Assembly (NCBI GenBank): GCA_965214705.1
Contig: OZ243972.1
Location: 3,680,001 to 3,744,000, forward strand
Reading direction: 5' to 3'
Length of the DNA stretch: 64,000 bases
Source: Alphaproteobacteria bacterium
Lineage (GTDB): Bacteria > Pseudomonadota > Alphaproteobacteria > UBA828
The position numbers and the translations under genes were made by a program. The notes under the pieces were generated by a model that was not told the origin of the DNA, did not search any database, and saw nothing but the letters and a program-made list of their open reading frames with translations. Positions 19,726 to 30,222 of this stretch are shown here, in pieces. How positions within the stretch are numbered: the stretch's first letter is position 1; each line of letters starts with the position of its first letter.

Positions 19726-21558
19726 CTAACGGCGGCCGAAGAGGCGCTCGATATCGGCGAGCTTGAGCTCCACGTAGGTCGGCCGGCCGTGGTTGCACTG
19801 GCCGGCGTGAGGTGTGGCCTCCATCTGGCGCAGAAGCGCGTTCATCTCTTCCGCGTTGAGTCGGCGGCCGGCGCGGACGCTGCCGTGGCAGGCGAGGGTG
19901 CTGCACACGTCGCCGAGGCGCTGGCGCAGCGTCGTCGCCTCGTCCCAGTCTGCGAGCTCGTCGGCGAGATCGCGCACCAAACCCTGCGTATCGCCGTTGC
20001 CGATAAGCGCCGGCACCTCGCGCACCACCACCGCGCCCGGCCCGAAGCGCTCCAGCACCAGGCCGAGATCGGCGAACTCGCCCGCTCGCGCTTCCAGCCT
20101 GCCCACTGCCGTCTCGTCGAGCTCGATCACTTCCGGGATCAGCAGGATCTGGCGCTGGATGCCGGTATCGGCGAGGGCGGCCTTCATGCGCTCGTAGACG
20201 ATGCGCTCGTGGGCCGCGTGCTGGTCGACGATCACGATGCCGTCATCGGTCTGGGCCACGACGTAGGTGCCGTGCACCTGCCCGCGGGCGACGCCCAGGG
20301 GATAGGCGGCGGAAGGGCCTTCCTCGGCCTCGACCGCCGGCGGAATGGCCTCGTCGGCCGGCGGCGGGCTCTCGATCCGGGCGGAGGGCGCGTCCAGCGG
20401 TGCCTGGTAACGGGTCTGGGCCTCGGCAAGCAACGGCGCGTGCGAGGGCGGCGGCGCACCGTAACCCCGATCTGCCGCAGGGCCTCCGCGAGCGGCGCCG
20501 CTCCCCTGCGGCCTCATGGCGGCGAGGGTGTCGTCGGCGACCGTGGTCGCGGCGTGATGGCCGGCGGCAGCGAGCGCCCGCTTGAGTGAGCCGACGATGA
20601 GCCCGCGCACCAGCGCCGCGTCGCGGAAGCGGACCTCGGCCTTGGTCGGGTGTACGTTGACGTCGACCATATCGGGCGGGAGATCGACGAAGAGCGCCGC
20701 CATGGGATGACGCCCGCGATGCAGCAGGTCGGCGTAGGCCGCGCGCACGGCGCCGTGCAGCAGGCGATCGCGCACCGGCCGACCGTTGACGAAGAGGTAC
20801 TGGTGCTGCGCACTGGCGCGGTTGAGGGTGGGCAGCGCCGCGTAGCCGGTGAGCCGCGCGCTTTCGCGCTCGGCGTCGATGGGGAGCGCGTTCTGGGCGA
20901 AGTCGCGGCCCATGACCAGCGCGAGGCGCGCGAGGCGCCCGGCCGGCGCATCCTCGTGGGGCCCGTCGCGCAGCAGCGTGCGGCTGCCGTCGGCCAAGGT
21001 GAAGCCGACGGCCGGATGGCACATGGCGAGGCGGTTCACGACATCAGCGGCGTGGCCCGATTCGGTGCGCGGCGCCTTGAGGAACTTGAGCCGTGCCGGC
21101 GTCGCGTAGAAGAGGTCTGCCACCGTCACGGTGGTCCCCTGCGGGCGGGCGGCGGGCGTGGGGGCGCCCGGCTCGCCGCCGGCGGCTTCGATGGACCAGG
21201 CGTTGTCCGACTCGGCTGCGCGGCTCGCGAGCGTGAGCCGGCTCACCGCAGCGATGGAGGGCAGCGCCTCGCCGCGGAAGCCCAGGGTCGCGATGGACCA
21301 GAGATCGCCGTCCTCGGCGAGCTTGGAGGTGGCGTGGCGGGCGAGCGCCAGCGGCAGCTCGTCGCGGCCCATGCCGCGGCCGTCGTCGGCGACCCGGATG
21401 AGCCGGCGGCCGCTTTCCTCCAGCGTGATCTCGATGGCGCGCGCGCCCGCGTCGACGGCGTTCTCGACCAGCTCCTTGACTACCGAGGCCGGCCGCTCGA
21501 TCACCTCGCCGGCCGCGATGCGGTTGATCACGCCTTCGGGCAGGAGACGGATCGTCAT
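19726..21558 (-). CDS. mutL: DNA mismatch repair endonuclease MutL
   Basis: [45 protein letters not shown]. Confidence 0.97.
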   Translation of the reverse strand: MTIRLLPEGVINRIAAGEVIERPASVVKELVENAVDAGARAIEITLEESGRRLIRVADDGRGMGRDELPLALARHATSKLAEDGDLWSIATLGFRGEALPSIAAVSRLTLASRAAESDNAWSIEAAGGEPGAPTPAARPQGTTVTVADLFYATPARLKFLKAPRTESGHAADVVNRLAMCHPAVGFTLADGSRTLLRDGPHEDAPAGRLARLALVMGRDFAQNALPIDAERESARLTGYAALPTLNRASAQHQYLFVNGRPVRDRLLHGAVRAAYADLLHRGRHPMAALFVDLPPDMVDVNVHPTKAEVRFRDAALVRGLIVGSLKRALAAAGHHAATTVADDTLAAMRPQGSGAARGGPAADRGYGAPPPSHAPLLAEAQTRYQAPLDAPSARIESPPPADEAIPPAVEAEEGPSAAYPLGVARGQVHGTYVVAQTDDGIVIVDQHAAHERIVYERMKAALADTGIQRQILLIPEVIELDETAVGRLEARAGEFADLGLVLERFGPGAVVVREVPALIGNGDTQGLVRDLADELADWDEATTLRQRLGDVCSTLACHGSVRAGRRLNAEEMNALLRQMEATPHAGQCNHGRPTYVELKLADIERLFGRR

Positions 21559-22853
21559 GGCTCGGACTCCAGGTCGCGGCGCGCCAGTTCCTTGCCCCGT
21601 TCCACCGCCGGCTGGTCGAAGGGATCGACGCCGAGCAGGTGCGCGGCCACCACCGTCTCTAGCATGAAGTGCATCATCAGGGCACCGACGGCATGGGCGT
21701 TGGCCGCCGGGACGCTGAGGCGGCGCACCGGCCGGCCGGCGTCGGTCAACATCGTGGCCGTGGCCCGCGCCTGGGCCGCGATCAAATCGCCCAGGCGGTG
21801 CCCGCCCAGGTAGCCAGCCCCGATCGCGTCGGCCAAGGCGGCGTCCACCCTGCGGGGTGCGGTCTCCGGCGCTTCGAGGATGGTGAAGAGGTTGCCGCCG
21901 GGGCCGTCCAGGAAGAGCTGCAGCTGGCTGTGTTGGTCCACCGGGCCGGGGGCCAAGATCGGGGTCGAGCCCAGCCCGTCCTTGCCGAGGGATTCGGCCC
22001 AGAGCTGCCGGTACCACAGTCCAAAGTGATAGAGGTTTGGGCCATAGGGCATCAGCACCACGCTGGCCGCCGGCCAGGCTTGCATGGCGGCGACCGCGAC
22101 CGCGGCACCCATCGCCGGCGCCGAGTCTTCGGGCGTGGGCGCTTCCAGAGCCGCGCTGAGCACCGCCTGGGCGCCGTCGCGGGCGATCGTGCCGTACACC
22201 CCGGCGAACATTGCGGGGAGCAACCCGACCAGGGAAAGTGCCGAGAACCGGCCACCGAGCGCCGGGTCGTGATCGAGGACCGTGAGCCCGAAGCGCGCGG
22301 CGAGGCGGCGCAGGGGACTCTCGCCAGGCTGGGTAATGACCGCAGCCACGTTCACGGGCTCCGTACCGCCCAGCACGAGCAGCGCTTGCGCGAGAGTCTC
22401 GGCGGTGGCGCCCGATTTCGAGATGACCAGGAACCCGGTGCTGTCGAGATCCGGCCCGCTCAACACCCGATCTAGGCGGTCGCCGTCGCCGTTATCCAGA
22501 AACAGCAGCCGTTCGCTCTCCGGCTCGGTGGCGGCGAGTGCCTGACCGCCCAGGTTGGCGCCGCCGGTGCCGAGGACGACGAGGCGGCGAAAGCGGGCGC
22601 GCCAGTCGCCGGCCAGGGCCACCAGCGCAGCGAGGTCGTCACGCGCATCGGCGTACGCGAGGAAGGGCTGCGTTCCGGCCGCGTGTGCGCGCCGCAAGTC
22701 GGCAAGCACACGCCCAGCCTCGGGCAACAGCCCGTCGAGCGCGTCTCGCGCGATCCCACCGGGCCCGACGGCCTCGACGAGGCAAGTCGTGATGTCCTGA
22801 TGCACGGCCGGCGCGACGGCGGACGGCGCTCCCTCGCAGCCCTGCCGGGTCAT
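21555..22853 (-). CDS. pgi: Glucose-6-phosphate isomerase
   Basis: [43 protein letters not shown]. Confidence 0.92.
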   Translation of the reverse strand: MTRQGCEGAPSAVAPAVHQDITTCLVEAVGPGGIARDALDGLLPEAGRVLADLRRAHAAGTQPFLAYADARDDLAALVALAGDWRARFRRLVVLGTGGANLGGQALAATEPESERLLFLDNGDGDRLDRVLSGPDLDSTGFLVISKSGATAETLAQALLVLGGTEPVNVAAVITQPGESPLRRLAARFGLTVLDHDPALGGRFSALSLVGLLPAMFAGVYGTIARDGAQAVLSAALEAPTPEDSAPAMGAAVAVAAMQAWPAASVVLMPYGPNLYHFGLWYRQLWAESLGKDGLGSTPILAPGPVDQHSQLQLFLDGPGGNLFTILEAPETAPRRVDAALADAIGAGYLGGHRLGDLIAAQARATATMLTDAGRPVRRLSVPAANAHAVGALMMHFMLETVVAAHLLGVDPFDQPAVERGKELARRDLESEP

Positions 22854-23450
22854 TTAGAAGAGGTCTTCGAGAAGCGCCTTCTCGCGCCGCTTGATCGTCG
22901 GCGTCTCACCCGCCGTCACGGGCTCGCCCGCTTCGATGTTCCCGCGCAGCCGCTCGGCCTCGGCCTCCGCGTCGACCACCTCGCCCGGCGGCTGCTCTTC
23001 CCGCCAGAACATGAGGGATTCGACGAAGCTCTCGTCTTCCGAAGCGTAGCCCGAGAACTCGCGGTCGACGATCCGCCGGATGTTCGGGTCCACGTCGGCC
23101 GCGTCCGCTCGCTCGATGAAGGCGGTCTCGCCGCTCGTCGCGGTCGGGCTCCCGGCAGAACCGGCGCCGGACTCTTGCAGCAAGACACTCTCGGCCTGCT
23201 CGCGCACCGAGGCCTCGTTGGCGTTGGGCGCGCCGGGCCGGGGCGGGCGCAAGGTGAGGTCGGGCGGCAGCGTGAGCGGTGCGCTGCGCACAACCGCGAA
23301 CTCGTCCGGCGCATTCTTGCCCAGGCCGAAGGCGCTGCCGATGTTGTCGCAGGCGGAAAGCGACGCCGCCAGCGCCAGAGCGCCGAGGCCCGCCGCAATG
23401 CCGCGGCCAACGCCCCAATGCCGGATCGTTCGGTGTGCCCCTTGCCTCAT
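22854..23450 (-). CDS. DUF3035 family lipoprotein
   Basis: Lipobox LSAC; PDEFAVVRSAPLTLPPD..LRPPRPG; usual position after lspA. Confidence 0.85.
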   Translation of the reverse strand: MRQGAHRTIRHWGVGRGIAAGLGALALAASLSACDNIGSAFGLGKNAPDEFAVVRSAPLTLPPDLTLRPPRPGAPNANEASVREQAESVLLQESGAGSAGSPTATSGETAFIERADAADVDPNIRRIVDREFSGYASEDESFVESLMFWREEQPPGEVVDAEAEAERLRGNIEAGEPVTAGETPTIKRREKALLEDLF

Positions 23451-23926
23451 GACTCACTTCTAGGCGCTTTCCGCGGCTTCATCAAGAAGCCGTGCACGAT
23501 CAGCATGACGACCCCTACGGTGATCGCGGAATCCGCAAGGTTGAAGGCTGGCCAGTGGTAGCCGCCGCCGTGAAAGTCGAGGAAGTCGATGACCCAGCCG
23601 AGGCGGAGGCGATCGACCACATTGCCGATCGCGCCCCCGATCACGAGACCGAGGGCGCAGCCCTGCCAGCGGGAACGGCTGCGGTGCAGCCAGACGACGA
23701 GCCCGACCGAAATTGCCAGGGCAAGGCCCACGATCAGCAGCATGCCGGCGCCCTCGCTCTGAAACAGGCCGAAGCTGATGCCCTTGTTCTCGGCGGGAAC
23801 GAGATTGAAGAAGGAGGTCACCTCGATGCGCCGGAGCGGATCCCACAGCGCATCACGGGCGGCCCACTTGGTGAACTGATCGGCGGCAATGGCGGCGGCC
23901 GCGACTACCAGTCCGAGGCGGAGCAC
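23447..23926 (-). CDS. lspA: Signal peptidase II
   Basis: ADQFTK, NKGISFG, GGAIGNVVDR, VIDF, PAFNLADSAI. Confidence 0.95.
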   Translation of the reverse strand: MLRLGLVVAAAAIAADQFTKWAARDALWDPLRRIEVTSFFNLVPAENKGISFGLFQSEGAGMLLIVGLALAISVGLVVWLHRSRSRWQGCALGLVIGGAIGNVVDRLRLGWVIDFLDFHGGGYHWPAFNLADSAITVGVVMLIVHGFLMKPRKAPRSES

Positions 23927-23961
23927 GGCCGCCGTTCCCGAGCCCGGCGCCGCGCAGCCGG

Positions 23962-26832
23962 CTAGGCGGCTGCCGGGCGGGCAGCCTCGACGGCGCCGAT
24001 GCAGCGCCCGCAAATGTCCGGATAGCGCTCGTCGCGACCGACTTCCGGCAGGAGCCGCCAGCAGCGCGCGCACTTCTGGTGCTCGGCAGGCGCGAACAGC
24101 ACGCCGACTTCGGGCACCTCGGGCAGCGTGACGAGACTGTTCCCATCTGGCGCCTCGCTCCAGGGCGCGATGGTCGCGCCGGAGGTAATGAAGAGCGTCG
24201 CGCAATCGTCGTCCTCGAAGGCGAGAGCGTCGCGATAGCGCTCGTGCACGAACACCGCGGGCGCCGCCTCCAGCGAGGAGCCGATGATCTTGGCGGCGCG
24301 AGCCTCTTCCAGCGCCTTGGTGACGACGCGGCGCACCGCGCGCATGCGCCCGATGCGCTCGGCCAGCGCGTCGTCCTGCCACTCGGCCGGCAGCGCGGGG
24401 AAGACGCGCAGGTGCACGCTCGTATCGCCCGGATAACGGGCGAGCCAGGCTTCTTCCGCCGTGAAGCAGATGAAGGGCGCGAGCCATGCGGCCAGGCAGT
24501 CGAACAGACGATCGAGCACGGTGCGCACGGCGCGCCGGCGTGTCGAATGCGCCGGGTCGCAATAGAGCGAATCCTTGCGGATGTCGAAGTAGAAGGCCGA
24601 GAGATCGACCGCGCAGAAGTGATGCAACGCCACGAACATCTCGTGGAAGGCGAAGTCTTCGCACCAGCGGCGGACATCGCGGTCGAGGCTGTGCAGCCGG
24701 TGCAGCACCCAGCGCTCCAGCGCGGGCAGCTCGGATGCGGGCAGGCGCTCGCCGGCGTGAAAATCGGCGAGGTTGCCCAAGAGATAACGCAGCGTGTTGC
24801 GCAGCCGCCGGTACGAATCGACCTGGTGACGCAGGATCTCGTCGCTGATCCTGAGATCTTCCGCGTAGTCCGTGCTTACGACCCAGAGTCGGAGGATGTC
24901 GGCGCCGTAGCGCTCGTTCACCTGCTGCGGCGCGATGACGTTGCCGAGTGACTTCGACATCTTGCGCCCCTCGCCGTCGACCACGAAGCCGTGGGTGAGC
25001 ACGGCGTCGTAGGGTGCGCGGCCGCGGGTGCCGCAGGATTCGAGCAGCGAGCTGTGGAACCAGCCCCGGTGCTGGTCCGAGCCTTCGAGGTAGAGCGAGG
25101 CCGGCCACATCAGCTCCGGCCGCTGCTCCAGGACGAAGCTGTGGGTGGTGCCGCTCTCGAACCAGACATCGAGGATGTCCGTCACCTTGTCGTAGGCGTC
25201 GGGGTCGTGCTCCGGCGCGAGGAAGCGCGCCTTGTCGCTGGTGAACCAGGCGTCGGCGCCTTCCTCCTCGACCACAGCGGCGATGCGCTCGACCACCTGC
25301 GCATCGCGCAACGGGGTGCCATCCTCGCGCGAGACGAAGACCGTGATCGGCACGCCCCAGACGCGCTGGCGCGAGAGCACCCAGTCCGGCCGGGTCTCGA
25401 TCATCGAGCGAATGCGCGCGCGGCCTGTCGGCGGCACCCAGCGCACATTGTCGATGGCGTCGAGCGCGGTGGTGCGGAGACCGGTCGTCTCCATGCTGAT
25501 GAACCATTGGCTCGTGTTGCGGAAGATCAGCGGCGCCTTGGAGCGCCAGGAGTGGGGATAGGAGTGGACCACTTCGCCGCGCGCGAGCAGGTGGCCGGCG
25601 TCGGCCAGCGCGTCGGCGATCTCGCCGTTCACCTTGTAGACGTGCTTGCCGGCGAACTCCGGCACGTGATCGTAGAAGCAGCCGTCGTCATCCACCGTGG
25701 CGGGAGTCTCGATCGGCGCGCGATCGCCGCCGCCTGCGGCGAGGCCTGCGTTGTAGAGCGCGACCGCCTCGAAATCCTCGGCGCCGTGACCCGGCGCGAT
25801 GTGGACGAAGCCGGTGCCCTGCTCCGTGGTGACGTGGTCGGCGGGGATCAGCGGCACCGGAAAGTCGTAGCCCCTGCCGCGCAGGGGGTGGGCACAGACC
25901 GTGCCGGCGAAGGCGGTGCCGGGAAGGTCGGAGGCGACCACCCGGTGGCCGGTGATTCCGCTCTCGGCGCAGAGGGTGGGCGCCAGCTCCTCGGCGGCGG
26001 CGATGCGCGTGCCGGGCGTCACTGCCGCGCCGTCCGCGACCTCGGTCACTTCCAACACCACGTAGCGCACCGCCTCGCCGTAGGCGATGCAGCGGTTGCC
26101 GGGGATGGTCCAGGGCGTCGTCGTCCAGATGACGATTGCGGCGCTGTCGAGGGCTTCCAGCGGGCTCTCGATGACCGGGAAGGCGACGGTGATCACCACC
26201 GACTTGTGGTCGTGGTACTCGATTTCGGCCTCGGCCAGCGCCGTCTTCTCGACCGGCGACCACATCACCGGCCGCGCACCCAGGTAGAGGCTGCCGTCGA
26301 CCAGGAAGCGCCCGAGCTCGCGCACGATCTGCGCCTCGGCCGCGTAGTTCATGGTGGTGTAGGGATCGTCCCAGTCGCCGATCACGCCCAGGCGCTTGAA
26401 CTCGTTGCGCTGCACGTCGATCCAGTGCTCGGCGAAGGCACGGCAGTCGGCACGGAACTCGCTGACCGGGACGGAATCCTTGTCACGGCCCTCCTTGCGG
26501 TAGGCCTGCTCCACCTGCCACTCGATGGGCAGGCCGTGGCAGTCCCAGCCCGGCACGTAGACCGAATCCTTGCCCAGCATCTGCTGGGAGCGGACGACGA
26601 CATCCTTCAGGATCTTGTTCAGCGCGGTGCCGAGGTGAAGGTGGCCGTTGGCGTAGGGCGGGCCATCGTGCAGCACGAACTTGGGGCGCCCGGCCGAGTC
26701 CTCCCGCAAGCGATCGTAGAGGCCGATCTCCTCCCAGCGTGCGGCCATCGCCGGCTCGCGTTCGGGCAGTCGCGCCTTCATGGGGAAGGCGGTGTGCGGC
26801 ATGAGGACGGTATCGCGGTAGTCGGTGGTCAT
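23962..26832 (-). CDS. ileS: Isoleucine--tRNA ligase
   Basis: DGPPYANGHLHLG, GWDCHGLPIE, WTTTPWT, EGSDQHRGWF, KMSKS, C-terminal zinc finger. Confidence 0.98.
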   Translation of the reverse strand: MTTDYRDTVLMPHTAFPMKARLPEREPAMAARWEEIGLYDRLREDSAGRPKFVLHDGPPYANGHLHLGTALNKILKDVVVRSQQMLGKDSVYVPGWDCHGLPIEWQVEQAYRKEGRDKDSVPVSEFRADCRAFAEHWIDVQRNEFKRLGVIGDWDDPYTTMNYAAEAQIVRELGRFLVDGSLYLGARPVMWSPVEKTALAEAEIEYHDHKSVVITVAFPVIESPLEALDSAAIVIWTTTPWTIPGNRCIAYGEAVRYVVLEVTEVADGAAVTPGTRIAAAEELAPTLCAESGITGHRVVASDLPGTAFAGTVCAHPLRGRGYDFPVPLIPADHVTTEQGTGFVHIAPGHGAEDFEAVALYNAGLAAGGGDRAPIETPATVDDDGCFYDHVPEFAGKHVYKVNGEIADALADAGHLLARGEVVHSYPHSWRSKAPLIFRNTSQWFISMETTGLRTTALDAIDNVRWVPPTGRARIRSMIETRPDWVLSRQRVWGVPITVFVSREDGTPLRDAQVVERIAAVVEEEGADAWFTSDKARFLAPEHDPDAYDKVTDILDVWFESGTTHSFVLEQRPELMWPASLYLEGSDQHRGWFHSSLLESCGTRGRAPYDAVLTHGFVVDGEGRKMSKSLGNVIAPQQVNERYGADILRLWVVSTDYAEDLRISDEILRHQVDSYRRLRNTLRYLLGNLADFHAGERLPASELPALERWVLHRLHSLDRDVRRWCEDFAFHEMFVALHHFCAVDLSAFYFDIRKDSLYCDPAHSTRRRAVRTVLDRLFDCLAAWLAPFICFTAEEAWLARYPGDTSVHLRVFPALPAEWQDDALAERIGRMRAVRRVVTKALEEARAAKIIGSSLEAAPAVFVHERYRDALAFEDDDCATLFITSGATIAPWSEAPDGNSLVTLPEVPEVGVLFAPAEHQKCARCWRLLPEVGRDERYPDICGRCIGAVEAARPAAA

Positions 26833-27815
26833 GAGCGGGCCTGGCGGCGGGGCAGGACGGCGGACTCGTCGGCGTCCGGCGCGGGCAGGCGGGCGAGGAT
26901 GGCGCGGGCGGTGTCGCAGTCGTCGGCGATCTGCGCCTTCAGCGCGTCGATGCCGTCGAAGCGGCGCTCGGGGCGGACCCGGTCGGCGAAGGCGGCGCGC
27001 AGCCGCTTGCCGTAGAGGTCGGCGGCGTAGTCGAAGATGTGCACTTCGAGCAGGTCCTCCGTCTTGTCGAAGGTCGGCCGGCGGCCGAGATTGGCCACCG
27101 CCGGGTACCAGTGTCCGTCGCCGTCGGGCTGAGCCCAGAGCGCGTAGACCCCGCGCGCGGGATGCAGAATGCCGGCGCAGCGCAGGTTGGCGGTGGGGAA
27201 GCCGATGGTGCGGCCACGCCGGTCGCCTGCGACCACGTGCCTGTCGATCTCCCAATAGCGGCCGAGTACCTCGGGTAGCGCGGCGACCTCGCCGTCCGAC
27301 AGCAGGCGCCGGGCCCGGCTCGCCGAATGGATCGTGGTGCCCGTGCCGGCCGCTTCGATGCTGGTCACGCCGACCCCGAGCGACCCGCCCACCTCGGTGA
27401 GCAGTTCCACCGTGCCGGCGCGCCTGCGGCCGAAGGCGAAGTCGTGGCCGACCACGACGTGGCGGGCACCGATGCCCGCCGCCACCACGTCCGCGACGAA
27501 CGACGCAGGCTCGCGCGCCGCGAAGGCGCGGTTGAAGTGTGCGACGTAGAGAAACTCGATACCGAGGGCGTCGAGTCGGCGGGCCTTGACCCGGAACGGC
27601 GTGAGCCTGAAGGGCTCCTCCGGGGCGGCGAGCACTTGGCGCGGGTGGGGCTCGAAGGTGAGTACGGCGAGCGGTGCGCCGAGGGCACGCGCGATGCGCC
27701 GGCCTTCCTCGATGACCGCGCGATGGCCCAGATGGACGCCATCGAAATTGCCGATGGCGACCACCGCGCCCCGCGCGTCTGCGGGCGTGCTTTGCCAATG
27801 TCGAACGATGCGCAT
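26829..27815 (-). CDS. ribF: Bifunctional riboflavin kinase/FAD synthetase
   Basis: GNFDGVHLGH, TFEPHP, GRTIGFPTAN, EVHIFD. Confidence 0.95.
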   Translation of the reverse strand: MRIVRHWQSTPADARGAVVAIGNFDGVHLGHRAVIEEGRRIARALGAPLAVLTFEPHPRQVLAAPEEPFRLTPFRVKARRLDALGIEFLYVAHFNRAFAAREPASFVADVVAAGIGARHVVVGHDFAFGRRRAGTVELLTEVGGSLGVGVTSIEAAGTGTTIHSASRARRLLSDGEVAALPEVLGRYWEIDRHVVAGDRRGRTIGFPTANLRCAGILHPARGVYALWAQPDGDGHWYPAVANLGRRPTFDKTEDLLEVHIFDYAADLYGKRLRAAFADRVRPERRFDGIDALKAQIADDCDTARAILARLPAPDADESAVLPRRQARS

Positions 27816-27906
27816 GGGCGCGTTTACCCCAATCCGAGCGGGCGGGAGAATAGCCGCGGCGCTCAGGCGCGTCGATGGCTGTTGAGTCAATTTGGGGCGG
27901 GGCGCC

Positions 27907-28557
27907 TCACCACATGCGCAGGCCCAGCAACAGAACGTGCTGGGTCATATCGCCGTAGTCGTTGAGGTCGCCGGTCTTGAGGTAGCGGTAGCCGACATGC
28001 CAGCCCTGGAAGTGGACGCCCACGCCCAGCTGATAGGCGAATTCCGTGTCCGTTCCGTCGCCACTGCCCTGAAGAGCGTTTTGCGCTCTATCGACAATTC
28101 GGTGGCTGGTGTCGGCGAACAGCATGCCGGCACCGCCGCCGCCGTAGATGCCCCAGGTGGTGCCGGCGCCGAGGTCGACCCAGGAGTTCAGCATCACCCC
28201 ATAGGTGCGGACATCGCCCGAGACCGAGGCGCTGATCGCCTGCTCCTGTTGCTCGCTTCCCGAGGCCGTGTCGATGTCGAAGAACACCTCGGCCTCGGCC
28301 CGAAGCATCTCGGTGAGCCCCATGCCCATGACGCCGCTGACGCGAAAATTGGTGTCGTTGTAGCTCGGAGACGCGATGTCGTCGCAGCTGCCGTTGTTAC
28401 ACCCTTCGAACTCCGACAGCTTGCCGGGCAGATCAAAGTCGAACAGCCCGACATCGATGCCGAAGTAGAGACCGGCCTGTTCGGCCTGGCTTGGGGTGGA
28501 CAACGCTGCCAGGGCCACGAAGGTGCTCCCGGCCACGGCTGACAGAATTGCTCTCAT
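27907..28557 (-). CDS. Outer-membrane 8-stranded beta-barrel protein
   Basis: Signal peptide, RAEAE, YGGGGAG, FAYQLGVG, GYRY, terminal aromatic W. Confidence 0.8.
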   Translation of the reverse strand: MRAILSAVAGSTFVALAALSTPSQAEQAGLYFGIDVGLFDFDLPGKLSEFEGCNNGSCDDIASPSYNDTNFRVSGVMGMGLTEMLRAEAEVFFDIDTASGSEQQEQAISASVSGDVRTYGVMLNSWVDLGAGTTWGIYGGGGAGMLFADTSHRIVDRAQNALQGSGDGTDTEFAYQLGVGVHFQGWHVGYRYLKTGDLNDYGDMTQHVLLLGLRMW

Positions 28558-28688
28558 TCCGATTCCCCTCGTGCAGCGGGCCGAGCGATTGCGACTCGGC
28601 GGAAGACAGCGCCCCGACGTTCCACTTGCGCGGCGCGCGCGTCAATACGGTCGTCTGCCGAGGCGCCGGCGAGAGGGGGAAAGAAGGG

Positions 28689-28713
28689 GAGGGGACGCTG
28701 GCCGCGCCCCCTC
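28689..28713 (-). terminator. Hairpin after SBP copy 2
   Basis: GAGGGG..CCCCTC stem followed on the minus strand by a pyrimidine run. Confidence 0.45.
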
Positions 28714-28724
28714 AAAGTACCGGA

Positions 28725-30140
28725 TCAGTCGAACGGATAAGCCGCCGGCTTCGAGGACCACTGCATGTAGGCCTCGCGCTGATTGTCGACGCCCACCTTC
28801 TCGGTGAGCGCGTCCCACGCAGAAGCCACGCCGTCGAGCTCCTCCTGCGGATCGGCACCGCCCATCACCGCCTGAAGCCCGATCGCCAGCGCATCCTCGT
28901 ACGCGAAGGTGTTGATGATCGAGAGATCGAGCAGGCCCGAGACCGCGCCCGCCTGCAACGCATCGAGATACTCCTTCGCATCAGGCCAGAGCGACTGGTA
29001 CTCCGGCGACGAGAAGTGCGACTTGCGGAAGGGATCGCGCAGCGTATAGGGCAGCTGCACCCGCTGGCCGCTGATGTCGATGCTGTTGATCCACTGGATG
29101 TAGAGGTAGGCCGCGTCCTTGTTCTTGCTGTCGGACGAGACCGCCATCGAGAACCCGGCGGCAAGCTGCGGATGGCCGCCCGGCGGCAGCGCATAGCCCA
29201 CGTTGCCCGCGACCACCGACGGCGGCACCCACTGCATCGCGATGTCGTCGGTGCCGTAGCCCGCCGACCAGCGGCCGACCGGCGGCCACCACTGGGTCAT
29301 GGCGATCTGGCCGGCGTTGAAGGCGGCGAGCGATTCGATGGCGCCCCACTGCTCGACACCGGGCGGCATGGTCGTGTTGTCCTTGACCATGCCGGCGAGC
29401 GCCTTGACGCAGCCGGGGCCGTTGATCGTCGCCTTCATGGTCTCGGCGTCGAAGAACTTGCAGCCCTCGTTCCGCGCCCGCTCCTGATAGAAGTAGTGGA
29501 GCAGACCGCGCACCCGCATGAAGCCGGCGCCGTAGACCTCCGGCGCCTTGGCGTCGGTGATCGCCTTGCTGACCTCGTAGAACTCGTCCCACGTGGTCGG
29601 CACCGAAAGGCCCATCTCCTCGAAGATGTCCTTGCGGTAGTAAAGAATCAGCACGTCGCCATCATCCGGGAAGCCGTAGATGGTGTCGCCGATCCGCATC
29701 TGGTTCTCGCGATAGACATCGCCGATGTCCTCGAGCTCCTCGCGATAGCCGTACTTGTCGACATATTCGTCGAGGGGCTCGACCGCGCCTGCGCGCACCA
29801 TGTCGCCCATCCAGGCAGGCACCACGCTCAGCACGTCATAGGCGCCGGTCCCCGCGCGATGCTCTTGCAGCATCTTCGGGAACATCTCGTTCACCTGGGA
29901 TTCGATCACGTTGACCTTGATGCCCGTGAGCTCCTCCCACTTCGGGCCAGAGAAGTTCTGCGGGCCGAGCGACTGGAGCCCGGCCTCCCAGATCACGTTG
30001 ATCTCGGTGCCGGCGTATTGCTTGGCCTCGCGCACCGCGATCTCGGCGGCACTCTCGGCCCAGGCGGCGCTTGCGCCCGCGCCGAGCAGCGCGAGCGCGG
30101 TGAGACCGCCCATCATTGACCGCATCGTTCCCATTGCCAT
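28725..30140 (-). CDS. Family 1 (sugar-type) ABC solute-binding protein, copy 2
   Basis: Signal peptide; WEELTGIKV, YGFPDDGD..YYRKD, PTTWDE, SKNKDAAYLYIQW. Confidence 0.9.
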   Translation of the reverse strand: MAMGTMRSMMGGLTALALLGAGASAAWAESAAEIAVREAKQYAGTEINVIWEAGLQSLGPQNFSGPKWEELTGIKVNVIESQVNEMFPKMLQEHRAGTGAYDVLSVVPAWMGDMVRAGAVEPLDEYVDKYGYREELEDIGDVYRENQMRIGDTIYGFPDDGDVLILYYRKDIFEEMGLSVPTTWDEFYEVSKAITDAKAPEVYGAGFMRVRGLLHYFYQERARNEGCKFFDAETMKATINGPGCVKALAGMVKDNTTMPPGVEQWGAIESLAAFNAGQIAMTQWWPPVGRWSAGYGTDDIAMQWVPPSVVAGNVGYALPPGGHPQLAAGFSMAVSSDSKNKDAAYLYIQWINSIDISGQRVQLPYTLRDPFRKSHFSSPEYQSLWPDAKEYLDALQAGAVSGLLDLSIINTFAYEDALAIGLQAVMGGADPQEELDGVASAWDALTEKVGVDNQREAYMQWSSKPAAYPFD

Positions 30141-30184
30141 TGTTGCCCTCCCTTCGTGCGGCGCGACGGCGCCGGAAAACAAAT

Positions 30185-30208
30185 GGGGAGGGAACGATGT
30201 CCCTCCCC
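30185..30208 (-). terminator. Hairpin after SBP copy 1
   Basis: GGGGAGGGA-ACGATG-TCCCTCCCC perfect 9-bp stem. Confidence 0.6.
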
Positions 30209-30222
30209 AAAGAACTCCGGGA

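Noticed and set aside
19726-27798. N-terminally extended MutL, LspA and IleS ORFs
   Set aside because: High-GC read-through frames overlapping pgi, ileS and ribF
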